Notes under the pieces: generated by a model
What the model saw: the letters and a program-made list of their open reading frames with translations, nothing else
What the model was told of the DNA's origin: nothing
Databases searched by the model: none
Part shown: in pieces, positions 24,201-37,789 of the stretch
Position numbering within the stretch: the first letter of the stretch is position 1
How the letters are laid out: each line of letters starts with the position of its first letter
Position numbers and translations under genes: made by a program
From: Eledone cirrhosa
Lineage: Eukaryota
Length of the DNA: 64,000 nucleotides
Reading direction: 5' to 3'
Assembly: GCA_964016885.1 (NCBI GenBank)
Contig: CAXHJY010000898.1
Span: 248,001-312,000 of the forward strand

Positions 24201-26400
24201 TAGCTTAGCTTAGGATAGCTTAGGATAGCTTAGCTTAGCTTAGCTTAGGATAGCTTAGCTTAGCTTAGCTTAGGATAGCTTAGCTTAGCTTAGCTTAGCT
24301 TAGGATAGCTTAGCTTAGCTTAGCTTAGGATAGCTTAGGATAGCTTAGCTTAGGATAGCTTAGGATAGCTTAGCTTAGGATAGCTTAGGATAGCTTAGCT
24401 TAGGATAGCTTAGGATAGCTTAGCTTAGGATAGCTTAGCTTAGGATAGCTTAGCTTAGCTTAGCTTAGGATAGCTTAGCTTAGGATAGCTTAGGATAGCT
24501 TAGCTTAGGATAGCTTAGCTTAGGATAGCTTAGGATAGCTTAGCTTAGCTTAGCTTAGGATAGCTTAGCTTAGCTTAGCTTAGGATAGCTTAGCTTAGCT
24601 TAGGATAGCTTAGCTTAGCTTAGCTTAGGATAGCTTAGCTTAGCTTAGCTTAGGATAGCTTAGCTTAGCTTAGCTTAGGATAGCTTAGCTTAGCTTAGGA
24701 TAGCTCAGCTTAGCTTAGCTTAGGATAGCTTAGCTTAGGTTAGCTTAGGATAGCTTAGGATAGCTTAGGATAGCTTAGCTTAGCTTAGCTTAGGATAGCT
24801 TAGCTTAGCTTAGCTTAGGATAGCTTAGCTTAGCTTAGCTTAGGATAGCTTAGCTTAGCTTAGGATAGCTTAGCTTAGCTTAGCTTAGGATAGCTTAGCT
24901 TAGCTTAGGATAGCTTAGCTTAGCTTAGCTTAGGATAGCTTAGCTTTGCTTAGGATAGCTTAGCTTAGCTTAGCTTAGGATAGCTTAGCTTAGCTTAGCT
25001 TAGGATAGCTTAGCTTAGGTTAGCTTAGGATAGCTTAGGATAGCTTAGGATAGCTTAGCTTAGCTTAGCTTAGGATAGCTTAGCTTAGCTTAGCTTAGGA
25101 TAGCTTAGCTTAGCTTAGCTTAGGATAGCTTAGCTTAGCTTAGGATAGCTTAGCTTAGCTTAGCTTAGCTTAGCTTAGGATAGCTTAGCTTAGCTTAGGA
25201 TAGCTTAGCTTAGCTTAGCTTAGGATAGCTTAGCTTTGCTTAGGATAGCTTAGCTTAGCTTAGCTTAGGATAGCTTAGCTTAGCTTAGCTTAGGATAGCT
25301 TAGCTTAGCTTAGCTTAGGATAGATTAGCTTAGCTTAGGATAGCTTAGCTTAGCTTAGCTTAGGAAAGCTTAGCTTAGCTTAGGATAGCTTAGCTTAGCT
25401 TAGCTTAGGAGAGCTTAGCTTAGCTTAGGATAGCTTAGCTTAGCTTAGCTTAGGATAGCTTAGCTTAGCTTAGGTAGCTTAGCTTAGCTTAGCTTAGGAT
25501 AGCTTAGCTTAGCTTAGCTTAGCTTAGGATAGCTTAGCTTAGCTTAGCTTAGGATAGCTTAGCTTAGCTTAGCTTAGGATAGCTTAGGATAGCTTAGCTT
25601 AGGATAGCTTAGGATAGCTTACCTTAGGAGAGCTTAGCTTAGGATAGCTTAGCTTAGGATAGCTTAGGATAGCTTAGCTTAGGATAGCTTAGCTTAGGTT
25701 AGCTTAGCTTAGGATAGCTTAGGATAGCTTAGCTTAGCTTAGCTTAGGATAGCTTAGCTTAGCTTAGCTTAGGATAGCTTAGCTTAGGTTAGCTTATCTT
25801 AGCTTAGCTTAGGATAGCTTAGCTTAGGATAGCTTAGGATAGCTTAGCTTAGGATAGCTTAGCTTAGGATAGCTTAGCTTAGCTTTGCTTAGGATAGCTT
25901 AGCTTAGCTTAGCTTAGGATAGCTTAGCTTAGCTTAGCTTAGGATAGCTTAGCTTAGCTTAGCTTAGGATAGCTTAGCTTAGCTTAGCTTAGGATAGCTT
26001 AGCTTAGCTTAGCTTAGTATAGCTTAGCTTAGCTTAGCTTAGGATCGCTTAGCTTAGCTTAGCTTAGGATAGCTTAGCTTAGCTTAGGATAGCTTAGCTT
26101 AGCTTAGCTTAGGATAGCTTAGCTTAGCTTAGGATAGCTTAGGATAGCTTAGCTTAGGAGAGCTTAGCTTAGCTTAGCTTAGGATAGCTTAGCTTAGCTT
26201 AGCTTAGGATAGCTTAGCTTAACTTAGCTTAGGATAGCTTAGCTTAGCTTAACTTAGGATAGCTTAGCTTAGCTTAGCTTAGGATAGCTTAGCTTAGCTT
26301 AGCTTAGGATAGCTTAGCTTAGCTTAGCTTAGGATAGCTTAGGATAGCTTAGCTTAGGATAGCTTAGGATAGCTTACCTTAGGAGAGCTTAGCTTAGGAT
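19770..26400 (+). repeat. Long-range copy of approximately positions 120-6700 (offset ~19.65-19.71 kb)
   Basis: Same ordered markers: TATAG 501/20150, CTTTG 1216/20870, CTCAG 1806/21465, GTAG 3311/22970, GATCG 3735/23409, GTAG 5770/25474, CTTAC 5914/25618. Confidence 0.85.
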
Positions 26401-27200
26401 AGCTTAGCTTAGGATAGCTTAGGATAGCTTAGCTTAGGATAGCTTAGCTTAGGATAGCTTAGCTTAGGATAGCTTAGGATAGTTTAGCTTAGCTTAGCTT
26501 AGGATAGCTTAGCTTAGCTTAGCTTAGGATAGCTTAGCTTAGGTTAGCTTAGCTTAGCTTAGCTTAGGATAGCTTAGCTTAGGATAGCTTAGGATAGCTT
26601 AGCTTAGGATAGCTTAGCTTAGGATAGCTTAGCTTAGCTTTGCTTAGGATAGCTTAGCTTAGCTTAGCTTAGGATAGCTTAGCTTAGCTTAGCTTAGGAT
26701 AGCTTAGCTTAGCTTAGCTTAGGATAGCTTAGCTTAGCTTAGCTTAGGATAGCTTAGCTTAGCTTAGCTTAGGATAGCTTAGCTTAGCTTAGCTTAGGAT
26801 CGCTTAGCTTAGCTTAGCTTAGGATAGCTTAGCTTAGCTTAGGATAGCTTAGCTTAGCTTAGCTTAGGATAGCTTAGCTTAGCTTAGGATAGCTTAGGAT
26901 AGCTTAGCTTAGGAGAGCTTAGCTTAGCTTAGCTTAGGATAGCTTAGCTTAGCTTAGCTTAGGATAGCTTAGCTTAACTTAGCTTAGGATAGCTTAGCTT
27001 AGCTTAACTTAGGATAGCTTAGCTTAGCTTAGCTTAGGATAGCTTAGCTTAGCTTAGCTTAGGATAGCTTAGCTTAGCTTAGCTTAGGATAGCTTAGGAT
27101 AGCTTAGCTTAGGATAGCTTAGGATAGCTTACCTTAGGAGAGCTTAGCTTAGGATAGCTTAGCTTAGGATAGCTTAGGATAGCTTAGCTTAGGATAGCTT
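25600..27200 (+). repeat. 755-bp tandem duplication
   Basis: CTTAC at 25618, 26373 and 27128 (steps of 755); GATCG at 26043/26798 (755). Confidence 0.88.
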
Positions 27201-28099
27201 AGCTTAGGATAGCTTAGGATAGCTTAGCTTAGCTTAGCTTAGGATAGCTTAGCTTAGCTTAGCTTAGGATAGCTTAGCTTAGCTTAGCTTAGGATAGCTT
27301 AGCTTAGCTTAGCTTAGGATAGCTTAGGATAGCTTAGCTTAGGATAGCTTAGGATAGCTTAGCTTAGGATAGCTTAGGATAGCTTAGCTTAGGATAGCTT
27401 AGCTTAGGATAGCTTAGCTTAGGATAGCTTAGGATAGCTTAGCTTAGGATAGCTTAGGATAGCTTAGCTTAGGATAGCTTAGCTTAGGATAGCTTAGGAT
27501 AGCTTAGCTTAACTTAGCTTAGGATAGCTTAGCTTAGCTTAGCTTAGGATAGCTTAGCTTAGCTTAGCTTAGGATAGCTTAGCTTAGCTTAGCTTAGGAT
27601 AGCTTAGGATAGCTTAGCTTAGGATAGCTTAGGATAGCTTAGCTTAGGATAGCTTAGGATAGTTTAGCTTAGGATAGCTTAGCTTAGGATAGCTTAGGAT
27701 AGCTTAGCTTAGCTTAGCTTAGGATAGCTTAGGATAGCTTAGCTTAGGATAGCTTAGGATAGCTTAGCTTAGGATAGATTAGGATAGCTTAGCTTAGGAT
27801 AGCTTAGGATAGCTTAGCTTAGGATAGCTTAGCTTAGGATAGCTTAGCTTAGCTTAGCTTAGGATAGCTTAGCTTGGGATAGCTTAGGATAGCTTAGCTT
27901 AGGATAGCTTAGCTTAGGATAGCTTAGGAAAGCTTAGCTTAGCTTAGCTTAGGATAGCTTAGCTTAGCTTAGCTTAGGATAGCTTAGCTTAGCTTAGGAT
28001 AGCTTAGCTTAGCTTAGCTTAGGATAGCTTAGCTTAGCTTAGCTTAGGATTGCTTAGCTTAGCTTAGCTTAGGATAGCTTAGCTTAGCTTAGCTTAGGA

Positions 28100-31000
28100 T
28101 AGCTTAGCTTAGCTTAGCTTAGGATAGCTTAGCTTAGCTTAGCTTAGAATAGCTTAGCTTAGGATAGCTTAGCTTAGGATAGCTTAGCTTAGGATAGCTT
28201 AGCTTAGGATAGCTTAGGATAGCTTAGCTTAGGATAGCTTAGGATAGCTTAGCTTAGGATAGCTTAGCTTAGCTTAGCTTTGGATAGCTTAGCTTAGCTT
28301 AGGATAGCTTAGCTTAGCTTAGCTTAGGATAGCTTAGCTTAGGATAGCTTAGGAAAGCTTAGCTTAGCTTAGCTTAGGATAGCTTAGCTTAGCTTAGCTT
28401 AGGATAGCTTAGCTTAGCTTAGGATAGCTTAGCTTAGCTTAGGATAGCTTAGCTTAGCTTAGTTTAGGATAGCTTAGCTTAGCTTAGCTTAGGATAGCTT
28501 AGCTTGGCTTAGCTTAGGATAGCTTAGCTTAGCTTAGCTTAGGATAGCTTAGCTTAGGATAGCTTAGCTTAGCTTAGCTTAGGATAGCTTAGCTTAGCTT
28601 AGCTTAGGATAGCTTAGCTTAGGATAGCTTAGCTTAGCTTAGCTTAGGATAGCTTAGCATAGCTTAGCTTAGGATAGCTTAGCTTAGCTTAGCTTAGGAT
28701 AGCTTAGCTTAGCTTAGCTTAGGATAGCTTAGCTTAGCTTAGCTTAGGATAGCTTAGCTTAGCTTAGCTTAGGATAGCTTAGCTTAGCTTAGCTTAGGAT
28801 AGCTTAGCATAGCTTAGCTTAGGATAGCTTAGCTTAGCTTAGCTTAGGATAGCTTAGCTTAGCTTAGGATAGCTTAGCTTAGCTTGGCTTAGGATAGCTT
28901 AGCTTAGCTTGGCTTAGGATAGCTTAGCTTAGCTCAGCTTAGGATAGCTTAGCTTAGGATAGCTTAGGATAGCTTAGCTTAGCTTAGCTTAGGATAGCTT
29001 AGCTTAGTTTAGGATAGCTTAGCTTAGCTTAGCTTAGGATAGCTTAGGATAGCTTAGCTTAGGATAGCTTAGGATAGCTTAGCTTAGGATAGCTTAGGAT
29101 AGCTTAGCTTAGGATAGCTTAGGATAGCTTAGGTTAGGATAGCTTAGCTTAGGATAGCTTAGGATAGCTTAGCTTAGGATAGCTTAGGATAGCTTAGCTT
29201 AGGATAGCTTAGGATAGCTTAGCTTAGGATAGCTTAGCTTAGGATAGCTTAGGAAAGCTTAGCTTAGCTTAGCTTAGGATAGCTTAGCTTAGCTTAGCTT
29301 AGGATAGCTTAGCTTAGCTTAGCTTAGGATAGCTTAGGATAGCTTAGCTTAGGATAGCTTAGGATAGCTTAGCTTAGGATAGCTTAGCTTAGGATAGCTT
29401 AGCTTAGGATAGCTTAGGATAGCTTAGCTTAGGATAGCTTAGGATAGCTTAGCTTAGGATAGCTTAGCTTAGGATAGCTTAGGATAGCTTAGCTTAGCTT
29501 AGCTTAGGATAGCTTAGCTTAGCTTAGGATAGCTTAGCTTAGCTTAGCTTAGCTTAGGATAGCTTAGCTTAGCTTAGGATAGCTTAGGATAGCTTAGCTT
29601 AGGATAGCTTAGGATAGCTTAGCTTAGGATAGCTTAGGATAGCTTAGCTTAGGATAGCTTAGGATAGCTTAGCTTAGGATAGCTTAGCTTAGGATAGCTT
29701 AGCTTAGCTTAGCTTAGGATAGCTTAGCTTAGGATAGCTTAGGATATCTTAGGTTAGGATAGCTTAGCTTAGGATAGCTTAGGATAGATTAGCTTAGCTT
29801 AGCTTAGGATAGCTTAGCTTAGCTTAGCTTAGGATAGCTTAGCTTAGCTTAGGATAGCTTAGCTTAGCTTAGCTTAGGATAGCTTAGCTTAGCTTAGCTT
29901 AGGATAGCTTAGCTTAGCTTAGGATAGCTTAGCTTAGCTTAGCTTAGGATAGCTTAGCTTAGCTTAGCTTAGGATAGCTTAGCTTAGGATAGCTTAGCTT
30001 AGGATAGCTTAGCTTAGGTTAGCTTAGCTTAGCTTAGCTTAGGATAGCTTAGGATAGCTTAGCTTAGGATAACTTAGCTTAGCTTAGCTTAGGATAGCTT
30101 AGCTTAGCTTAGCTTAGGATAGCTTAGCTTAGCTTAGCTTAGGATAGCTTAGCTTAGGATAGCTTAGGATTGCTTAGCTTAGCTTAGCTTAGGATAGCTT
30201 AGCTTAGCTTAGCTTAGGATAGCTTAGCTTAGCTTAGGATAGCTTAGCTTAGCTTAGCTTAGGATAGCTTAGCTTAGCTTAGCTTAGGATAGCTTAGCTT
30301 AGCTTAGCTTAGGATAGCTAAGGATAGCTTAGGATAGCTTAGCTTAGCTTAGCTTAGGATAGCTTAGCTTAGCTTAGGATAGCTTAGCTTAGCTTAGCTT
30401 AGGATAGCTTAGCTTAGCTTAGGATAGCTTAGCTTAGCTTAGCTTAGGATAGCTTAGCTTAGCTTAGCTTAGGATAGCTTAGCTTAGCTTAGCTTAGGAT
30501 AGCTTAGCTTAGCTTAGCTTAGGATAGCTTAGCTTAGCTTAGCTTAGGATAGATTAGCTTAGCTTAGGATAGCTTAGCTTAGCTTAGCTTAGGAAAGCTT
30601 AGCTTAGCTTAGGATAGCTTAGCTTAGCTTAGCTTAGGAGAGCTTAGCTTAGCTTAGCTTAGGATAGCTTAGCTTAGCTTAGCTTAGGATAGCTTAGCTT
30701 AGCTTAGGTAGCTTAGCTTAGCTTAGCTTAGGATAGCTTAGCTTAGCTTAGCTTAGCTTAGGATAGCTTAGCTTAGCTTAGCTTAGGAGAGCTTAGCTTA
30801 GCTTAGCTTAGGGTAGCTTAGGATAGCTTAGCTTAGGATAGCTTAGGATAGCTTACCTTAGGAGAGCTTAGCTTAGGATAGCTTAGCTTAGGATAGCTTA
30901 GGATAGCTTAGCTTAGGATAGCTTAGCTTAGGATAGCTTAGCTTAGGATAGCTTAGGATAGCTTAGCTTAGCTTAGCTTAGGATAGCTTAGCTTAGCTTA

Positions 31001-31700
31001 GCTTAGGATAGCTTAGCTTAGGTTAGCTTAGCTTAGCTTAGCTTAGCTTAGGATAGCTTAGCTTAGGATAGCTTAGGATAGCTTAGGATAGCTTAGCTTA
31101 GGATAGCTTAGCTTAGGATAGCTTAGGATAGCTTAGCTTAGGATAGCTTAGGATAGCTTAGCTTAGGATAGCTTAGCTTAGGATAGCTTAGGATAGCTTA
31201 GCTTAGCTTAGCTTAGGATAGCTTAGCTTAGCTTAGCTTAGGATAGCTTAGCTTAGCTTAGGATTGCTTAGCTTAGCTTAGCTTAGGATAGCTTAGGATA
31301 GCTTAGCTTAGGATAGCTTAGCTTAGGATAGCTTAGGATAGCTTAGGATAGCTTAGCTTAGCTTAGCTTAGGATAGCTTAGCTTAGCTTAGCTTAGGATA
31401 GCTTAGCTTAGCTTAGGATAGCTTAGCTTAGCTTAGGATAGCTTAGCTTAGCTTAGCTTAGGATAGCTTAGCTTAGCTTAGCTTAGGACAGCTTAGCTTA
31501 GCTTAGCTTAGGATAGCTTAGCTTAGCTTAGGATAGCTTAGCTTAGCTTAGCTTAGGATAGCTTAGCTTAGGATAGCTTAGCTTAGGATAGCTTAGCATG
31601 GGTTAGCTTAGCTTAGCTTAGCTTAGGATAGCTTAGGATAGCTTAGCTTAGGATAGCTTAGCTTAGCTTAGCTTAGGATAGCTTAGCTTAGCTTAGCTTA
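28100..31700 (+). repeat. Long-range copy of the ~7.2-10.8 kb block (offset ~20.92 kb)
   Basis: CATAG 7734/28658, CTTGG 7959/28883, GATAT 8818/29743, GTAG 9773/30708, GACAG 10557/31487. Confidence 0.83.
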
Positions 31701-34700
31701 GGATAGCTTAGCTTAGCTTAGCTTAGCTTAGGATAGCTTAGCTTAGCTTAGCTTAGGATAGCTTAGCTTAGCTTAGGATAGTTTAGCTTAGCTTAGCTTA
31801 GGATAGCTTAGCTTAGCTTAGCTTAGGATAGCTTAGCTTAGCTTAGGATAGCTTAGCTTAGCTTAGCTTAGGATAGCTTAGCTTAGCTTAGCTTAGGATA
31901 GCTTAGCTTAGCTTAGGATAGCTTAGCTTAGCTTAGGATAGCTTAGCTTAGCTTAGCTTAGGATAGCTTAGCTTAGCTTAGCTTAGGATAGCTTAGCTTA
32001 GGATAGCTTAGCTTAGCTTAGCTTAGGATAGCTTAGCTTAGCTTAGCTTAGGATAGCTTAGCTTAGCTTAGCTTAGGATAGCTTAGCTTAGCTTAGCTTA
32101 GGATAGCTTAGCTTGGCTTAGCTTAGGATAGCTTAGCTTAGCTTAGCTTAGGATAGCTTAGCTTAGCTTAGCTTAGGATAGCTTAGCTTAGCTTAGCTTA
32201 GGATAGCTTAGCTTAGCTTAGCTTAGGATTGCTTAGCTTAGCTTGGCTTAGGATAGCTTAGCTTAGCTTGGCTTAGGATAGCTTAGCTTAGCTTAGCTTA
32301 GGATAGCTTAGCTTAGCTTAGCTTAGGATAGCTTAGCTTAGCTTAGCTTAGGATAGCTTAGCTTAGCTTAGGATAGCTTAGCTTAGTTTAGGATAGCTTA
32401 GCTTAGCTTAGCTTAGGATAGCTTAGGATAGCTTAGCTTAGGATAGCTTAGGATAGCTTAGCTTAGGATAGCTTAGGATAGCTTAGGTTAGGATAGCTTA
32501 GCTTAGGATAGCTTAGGATAGCTTAGCTTAGGATAGCTTAGGATAGCTTAGCTTATGATAGCTTAGGATAGCTTAGCTTAGGATAGCTTAGCTTAGGATA
32601 GCTTAGGAAAGCTTAGCTTAGCTTAGCTTAGGATAGCTTAGCTTAGCTTAGCTTAGGATAGCTTAGCTTAGCTTAGCTTAGGATAGCTTAGGATAGCTTA
32701 GCTTAGGATAGCTTAGGATAGCTTAGCTTAGGATAGCTTAGCTTAGGATAGCTTAGCTTAGGATAGCTTAGCTTAGGATAGCTTAGGATAGCTTAGCTTA
32801 GGATAGCTTAGGATAGCTTAGCTTAGGATAGCTTAGCTTAGGATAGCTTAGGATAGCTTAGCTTAGCTTAGCTTAGGAAAGCTTAGCTTAGCTTAGCTTA
32901 GTATAGCTTAGCTTAGCTTAGCTTAGCTTAGGATAGCTTAGCTTAGCTTAGCTTAGGATAGCTTAGGATAGCTTAGCTTAGGATAGCTTAGGATAGCTTA
33001 GCTTAGGATAGCTTAGGATAGCTTAGCTTAGGATAGCTTAGGATAGCTTAGCTTAGGATAGCTTAGCTTAGGATAGCTTAGCTTAGCTTAGCTTAGGATA
33101 GCTTAGCTTAGGATAGCTTAGGATAGCTTAGCTTAGGATAGCTTAGCTTAGGATAGCTTAGGATAGCTTAGCTTAGCTTAGCTTAGGATAGCTTAGCTTA
33201 GCTTAGCTTAGGATAGCTTAGCTTAGCTTAGGATAGCTTAGCTTAGCTTAGCTTAGGATAGCTTAGCTTAGCTTAGCTTAGGATAGCTTAGCTTAGCTTA
33301 GCTTAGGATAGCTTAGCTTAGCTTAGCTTAGGATAGCTTAGCTTAGCTTAGGATAGCTTAGCTTAGGATAGCTTAGGATAGCTTAGCTTAGGATAGCTTA
33401 GCTTAGGATAGCTTAGCTTAGGTTAGCTTAGCTTAGCTTAGCTTAGGATAGCTTAGGATAGCTTAGCTTAGGATAGCTTAGCTTAGCTTAGCTTAGGATA
33501 GCTTAGCTTAGCTTAGCTTAGGATAGCTTAGCTTAGCTTAGGATAGCTTAGCTTAGGATAGCTTAGGATAGCTTAGCTTAGCTTAGCTTAGGAAAGCTTA
33601 GCTTAGCTTAGCTTAGGATAGCTTAGCTTAGCTTAGGATAGCTTAGCTTAGCTTAGCTTAGGATAGCTTAGCTTAGCTTAGCTTAGGATAGCTTAGCTTA
33701 GGTTAGCTTAGGATAGCTTAGGATAGCTTAGGATAGCTTAGCTTAGCTTAGCTTAGCTTAGGATAGCTTAGCTTAGCTTAGCTTAGGATAGCTTAGCTTA
33801 GCTTAGCTTAGGATAGCTTAGCTTAGCTTAGGATAGCTTAGCTTAGCTTAGGATAGCTTAGCTTAGCTTAGGATAGCTTAGCTTAGCTTAGCTTAGGATA
33901 GCTTAGCTTAGCTTAGCTTAGGATAGCTTAGCTTAGCTTAGCTTAGGATAGCTTAGCTTAGCTTAGCTTAGGATAGCTTAGCTTAGCTTAGCTTAGGATA
34001 GATTAGCTTAGCTTAGGATAGCTTAGCTTAGCTTAGCTTAGGAAAGCTTAGCTTAGCTTAGGATAGCTTAGCTTAGCTTAGCTTAGGAGAGCTTAGCTTA
34101 GCTTAGCTTAGGAAAACTTAGCTTAGCTTAGCTTAGCTTAGGATAGCTTAGCTTAGCTTAGCTTAGGTAGCTTAGCTTAGCTTAGCTTAGGATAGCTTAG
34201 CTTAGCTTAGCTTAGCTTAGCTTAGGATAGCTTAGCTTAGCTTAGCTTAGGAGAGCTTAGCTTAGCTTAGGATAGCTTAGGATAGCTTAGCTTAGGATAG
34301 CTTAGGATAGCTTACCTTAGGAGAGCTTAGCTTAGGATAGCTTAGCTTAGGATAGCTTAGGATAGCTTAGCTTAGGATAGCTTAGCTTAGGATAGCTTAG
34401 CTTAGGATAGCTTAGGATAGCTTAGCTTAGCTTAGCTTAGGATAGCTTAGCTTAGCTTAGCTTAGGATAGCTTAGCTTAGGTTAGCTTAGCTTAGGATAG
34501 CTTAGGATAGCTTAGCTTAGGATAGCTTAGGATATCTTAGCTTAGGATAGCTTAGGATAGCTTAGCTTAGGAGAGCTTAGCTTAGGATAGCTTAGGATAG
34601 CTTAGCTTAGGATAGCTTAGGATAGCTTAGCTTAGGATAGCTTAGGATAGCTTAGCTTAGGATAGCTTAGCTTAGGATAGCTTAGGATAGCTTAGCTTAG

Positions 34701-37700
34701 CTTAGCTTAGGATAGCTTAGCTTAGCTTAGCTTAGGATAGCTTAGCTTAGCTTAGCTTAGGATAGCTTAGCTTAGCTTAGCTTAGGATAGCTTAGGATAG
34801 CTTAGCTTAGGATAGCTTAGGATAGCTTAGCTTAGGATAGCTTAGGATAGCTTAGGATAGCTTAGCTTAGCTTAGCTTAGGATAGCTTAGCTTAGCTTAG
34901 CTTAGGATAGCTTAGCTTAGCTTAGCTTAGGATAGCTTAGCTTAGCTTAGGATAGCTTAGCTTAGCTTAGCTTAGGATAGCTTAGCTTAGCTTAGGATAG
35001 CTTAGCTTAGCTTAGCTTAGGATAGCTTAGCTTAGCTTAGGATAGCTTAGCTTAGCTTAGCTTAGGATAGCTTAGCTTAGCTTAGCTTAGGATAGCTTAG
35101 CTTAGGATAGCTTAGCTTAGGATAGCTTAGCTTAGGTTAGCTTAGCTTAGCTTAGCTTAGGATAGCTTAGGATAGCTTAGCTTAGGATAGCTTAGCTTAG
35201 CTTAGCTTAGGATAGCTTAGCTTAGCTTAGGATAGCTTAGCTTAGCTTAGCTTAGGATAGCTTAGCTTAGGATAGCTTAGGATAGCTTAGCTTAGCTTAG
35301 CTTAGGATAGCTTAGCTTAGCTTAGCTTAGGATAGCTTAGCTTAGCTTAGGATAGCTTAGCTTAGCTTAGCTTAGGATAGCTTAGCTTAGCTTAGCTTAG
35401 GATAGCTTAGCTTAGCTTAGGATAGCTTAGGATAGCTTAGGATAGCTTAGCTTAGCTTAGCTTAGGATAGCTTAGCTTAGCTTAGCTTAGGATAGCTTAG
35501 CTTAGCTTAGCTTAGGATAGCTTAGCTTAGCTTAGGATAGCTTAGCTTAACTTAGCTTAGGATAGCTTAGCTTAGCTTAGCTTAGGATAGCTTAGCTTAG
35601 CTTAGCTTAGGATAGCTTAGCTTAGCTTAGCTTAGGATAGCTTAGCTTAGCTTAGCTTAGGAGAGCTTAGCTTAGCTTAGCTTAGGATAGATTAGCTTAG
35701 CTTAGGATAGCTTAGCTTAGCTTAGCTTAGGAAAGCTTAGCTTAGCTTAGGATAGCTTAGCTTAGCTTAGCTTAGGAGAGCTTAGCTTAGCTTAGGATAG
35801 CTTAGCTTAGCTTAGCTTAGGATAGCTTAGCTTAGCTTAGCTTAGGTAGCTTAGCTTAGCTTAGCTTAGGATAGCTTAGCTTAGCTTAGCTTAGCTTAGG
35901 ATAGCTTAGCTTAGCTTAGCTTAGGATAGCTTAGCTTAGCTTAGCTTAGGATAGCTTAGGATAGCTTAGCTTAGGATAGCTTAGGATAGCTTACCTTAGG
36001 AGAGCTTAGCTTAGGATAGCTTAGCTTAGGATAGCTTAGGATAGCTTAGCTTAGGATAGCTTAGCTTAGGATAGCTTAGCTTAGGATAGCTTAGGATAGC
36101 TTAGCTTAGCTTAGCTTAGGATAGCTTAGCTTAGCTTAGCTTAGGATAGCTTAGCTTAGGTTAGCTTAGCTTAGCTTAGCTTAGGATAGCTTAGCTTAGG
36201 ATAGCTTAGGATAGCTTAGCTTAGGATAGCTTAGCTTAGGATAGCTTAGCTTAGCTTTGCTTAGGATAGCTTAGCTTAGCTTAGCTTAGGATAGCTTAGC
36301 TTAGCTTAGCTTAGGATAGCTTAGCTTAGCTTAGCTTAGGATAGCTTAGCTTAGCTTAGCTTAGGATAGCTTAGCTTAGCTTAGCTTAGGATAGCTTAGC
36401 TTAGCTTAGCTTAGGATCGCTTAGCTTAGCTTAGCTTAGGATAGCTTAGCTTAGCTTAGGATAGCTTAGCTTAGCTTAGCTTAGGATAGCTTAGCTTAGC
36501 TTAGGATAGCTTAGGATAGCTTAGCTTAGGAGAGCTTAGCTTAGCTTAGCTTAGGATAGCTTAGCTTAGCTTAGCTTAGGATAGCTTAGCTTAACTTAGC
36601 TTAGGATAGCTTAGCTTAGCTTAACTTAGGATAGCTTAGCTTAGCTTAGCTTAGGATAGCTTAGCTTAGCTTAGCTTAGGATAGCTTAGCTTAGCTTAGC
36701 TTAGGATAGCTTAGGATAGCTTAGCTTAGGATAGCTTAGGATAGCTTACCTTAGGAGAGCTTAGCTTAGGATAGCTTAGCTTAGGATAGCTTAGGATAGC
36801 TTAGCTTAGGATAGCTTAGCTTAGGATAGCTTAGCTTAGGATAGCTTAGGATAGCTTAGCTTAGCTTAGCTTAGGATAGCTTAGCTTAGCTTAGCTTAGG
36901 ATAGCTTAGCTTAGCTTAGCTAAGGATAGCTTAGCTTAGCTTAGCTTAGGATAGCTTAGGATAGCTTAGCTTAGGATAGCTTAGGATAGCTTAGCTTAGG
37001 ATAGCTTAGGATAGCTTAGCTTAGGATAGCTTAGCTTAGGATAGCTTAGCTTGGGATAGCTTAGGATAGCTTAGCTTAGGATAGCTTAGGATAGCTTAGC
37101 TTAGGATAGCTTAGCTTAGGATAGCTTAGGATAGCTTAGCTTAACTTAGCTTAGGAAAGCTTAGCTTAGCTTAGCTTAGGATAGCTTAGCTTAGCTTAGC
37201 TTAGGATAGCTTAGCTTAGCTTAGCTTAGGATAGCTTAGGATAGCTTAGCTTAGGATAGCTTAGCTTAGGATAGCTTAGGATTGTTTAGCTTAGGATAGC
37301 TTAGCTTAGGATAGCTTAGGATAGCTTAGCTTAGCTTAGCTTAGGATAGCTTAGGATAGCTTAGCTTAGGATAGCTTAGGATAGCTTAGCTTAGGATAGA
37401 TTAGGATAGCTTAGCTTAGGATAGCTTAGGATAGCTTAGCTTAGGATAGCTTAGCTTAGGATAGCTTAGCTTAGCTTAGCTTAGGATAGCTTAGCTTGGG
37501 ATAGCTTAGGATAGCTTAGCTTAGGATAGCTTAGGATAGCTTAGCTTAGCTTAGCTTAGGATAGCTTAGCTTAGCTTAGCTTAGGATAGCTTAGCTTAGC
37601 TTAGGATAGCTTAGCTTAGCTTAGCTTAGGATAGCTTAGCTTAGCTTAGCTTAGGATTGCTTAGCTTAGCTTAGCTTAGGATAGCTTAGCTTAGCTTAGC

Positions 37701-37789
37701 TTAGGATAGCTTAGCTTAGCTTAGCTTAGGATAGCTTAGCTTAGCTTAGCTTAGAATAGCTTAGCTTAGGATAGCTTAGCTTAGGATAG

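Noticed and set aside
31597-32557. The only + strand ATGs seen (31598 in CATGG, 32555 in CTTAT-GATAG)
   Set aside because: Singleton substitutions followed almost immediately by in-frame stops; they may be sequencing errors.
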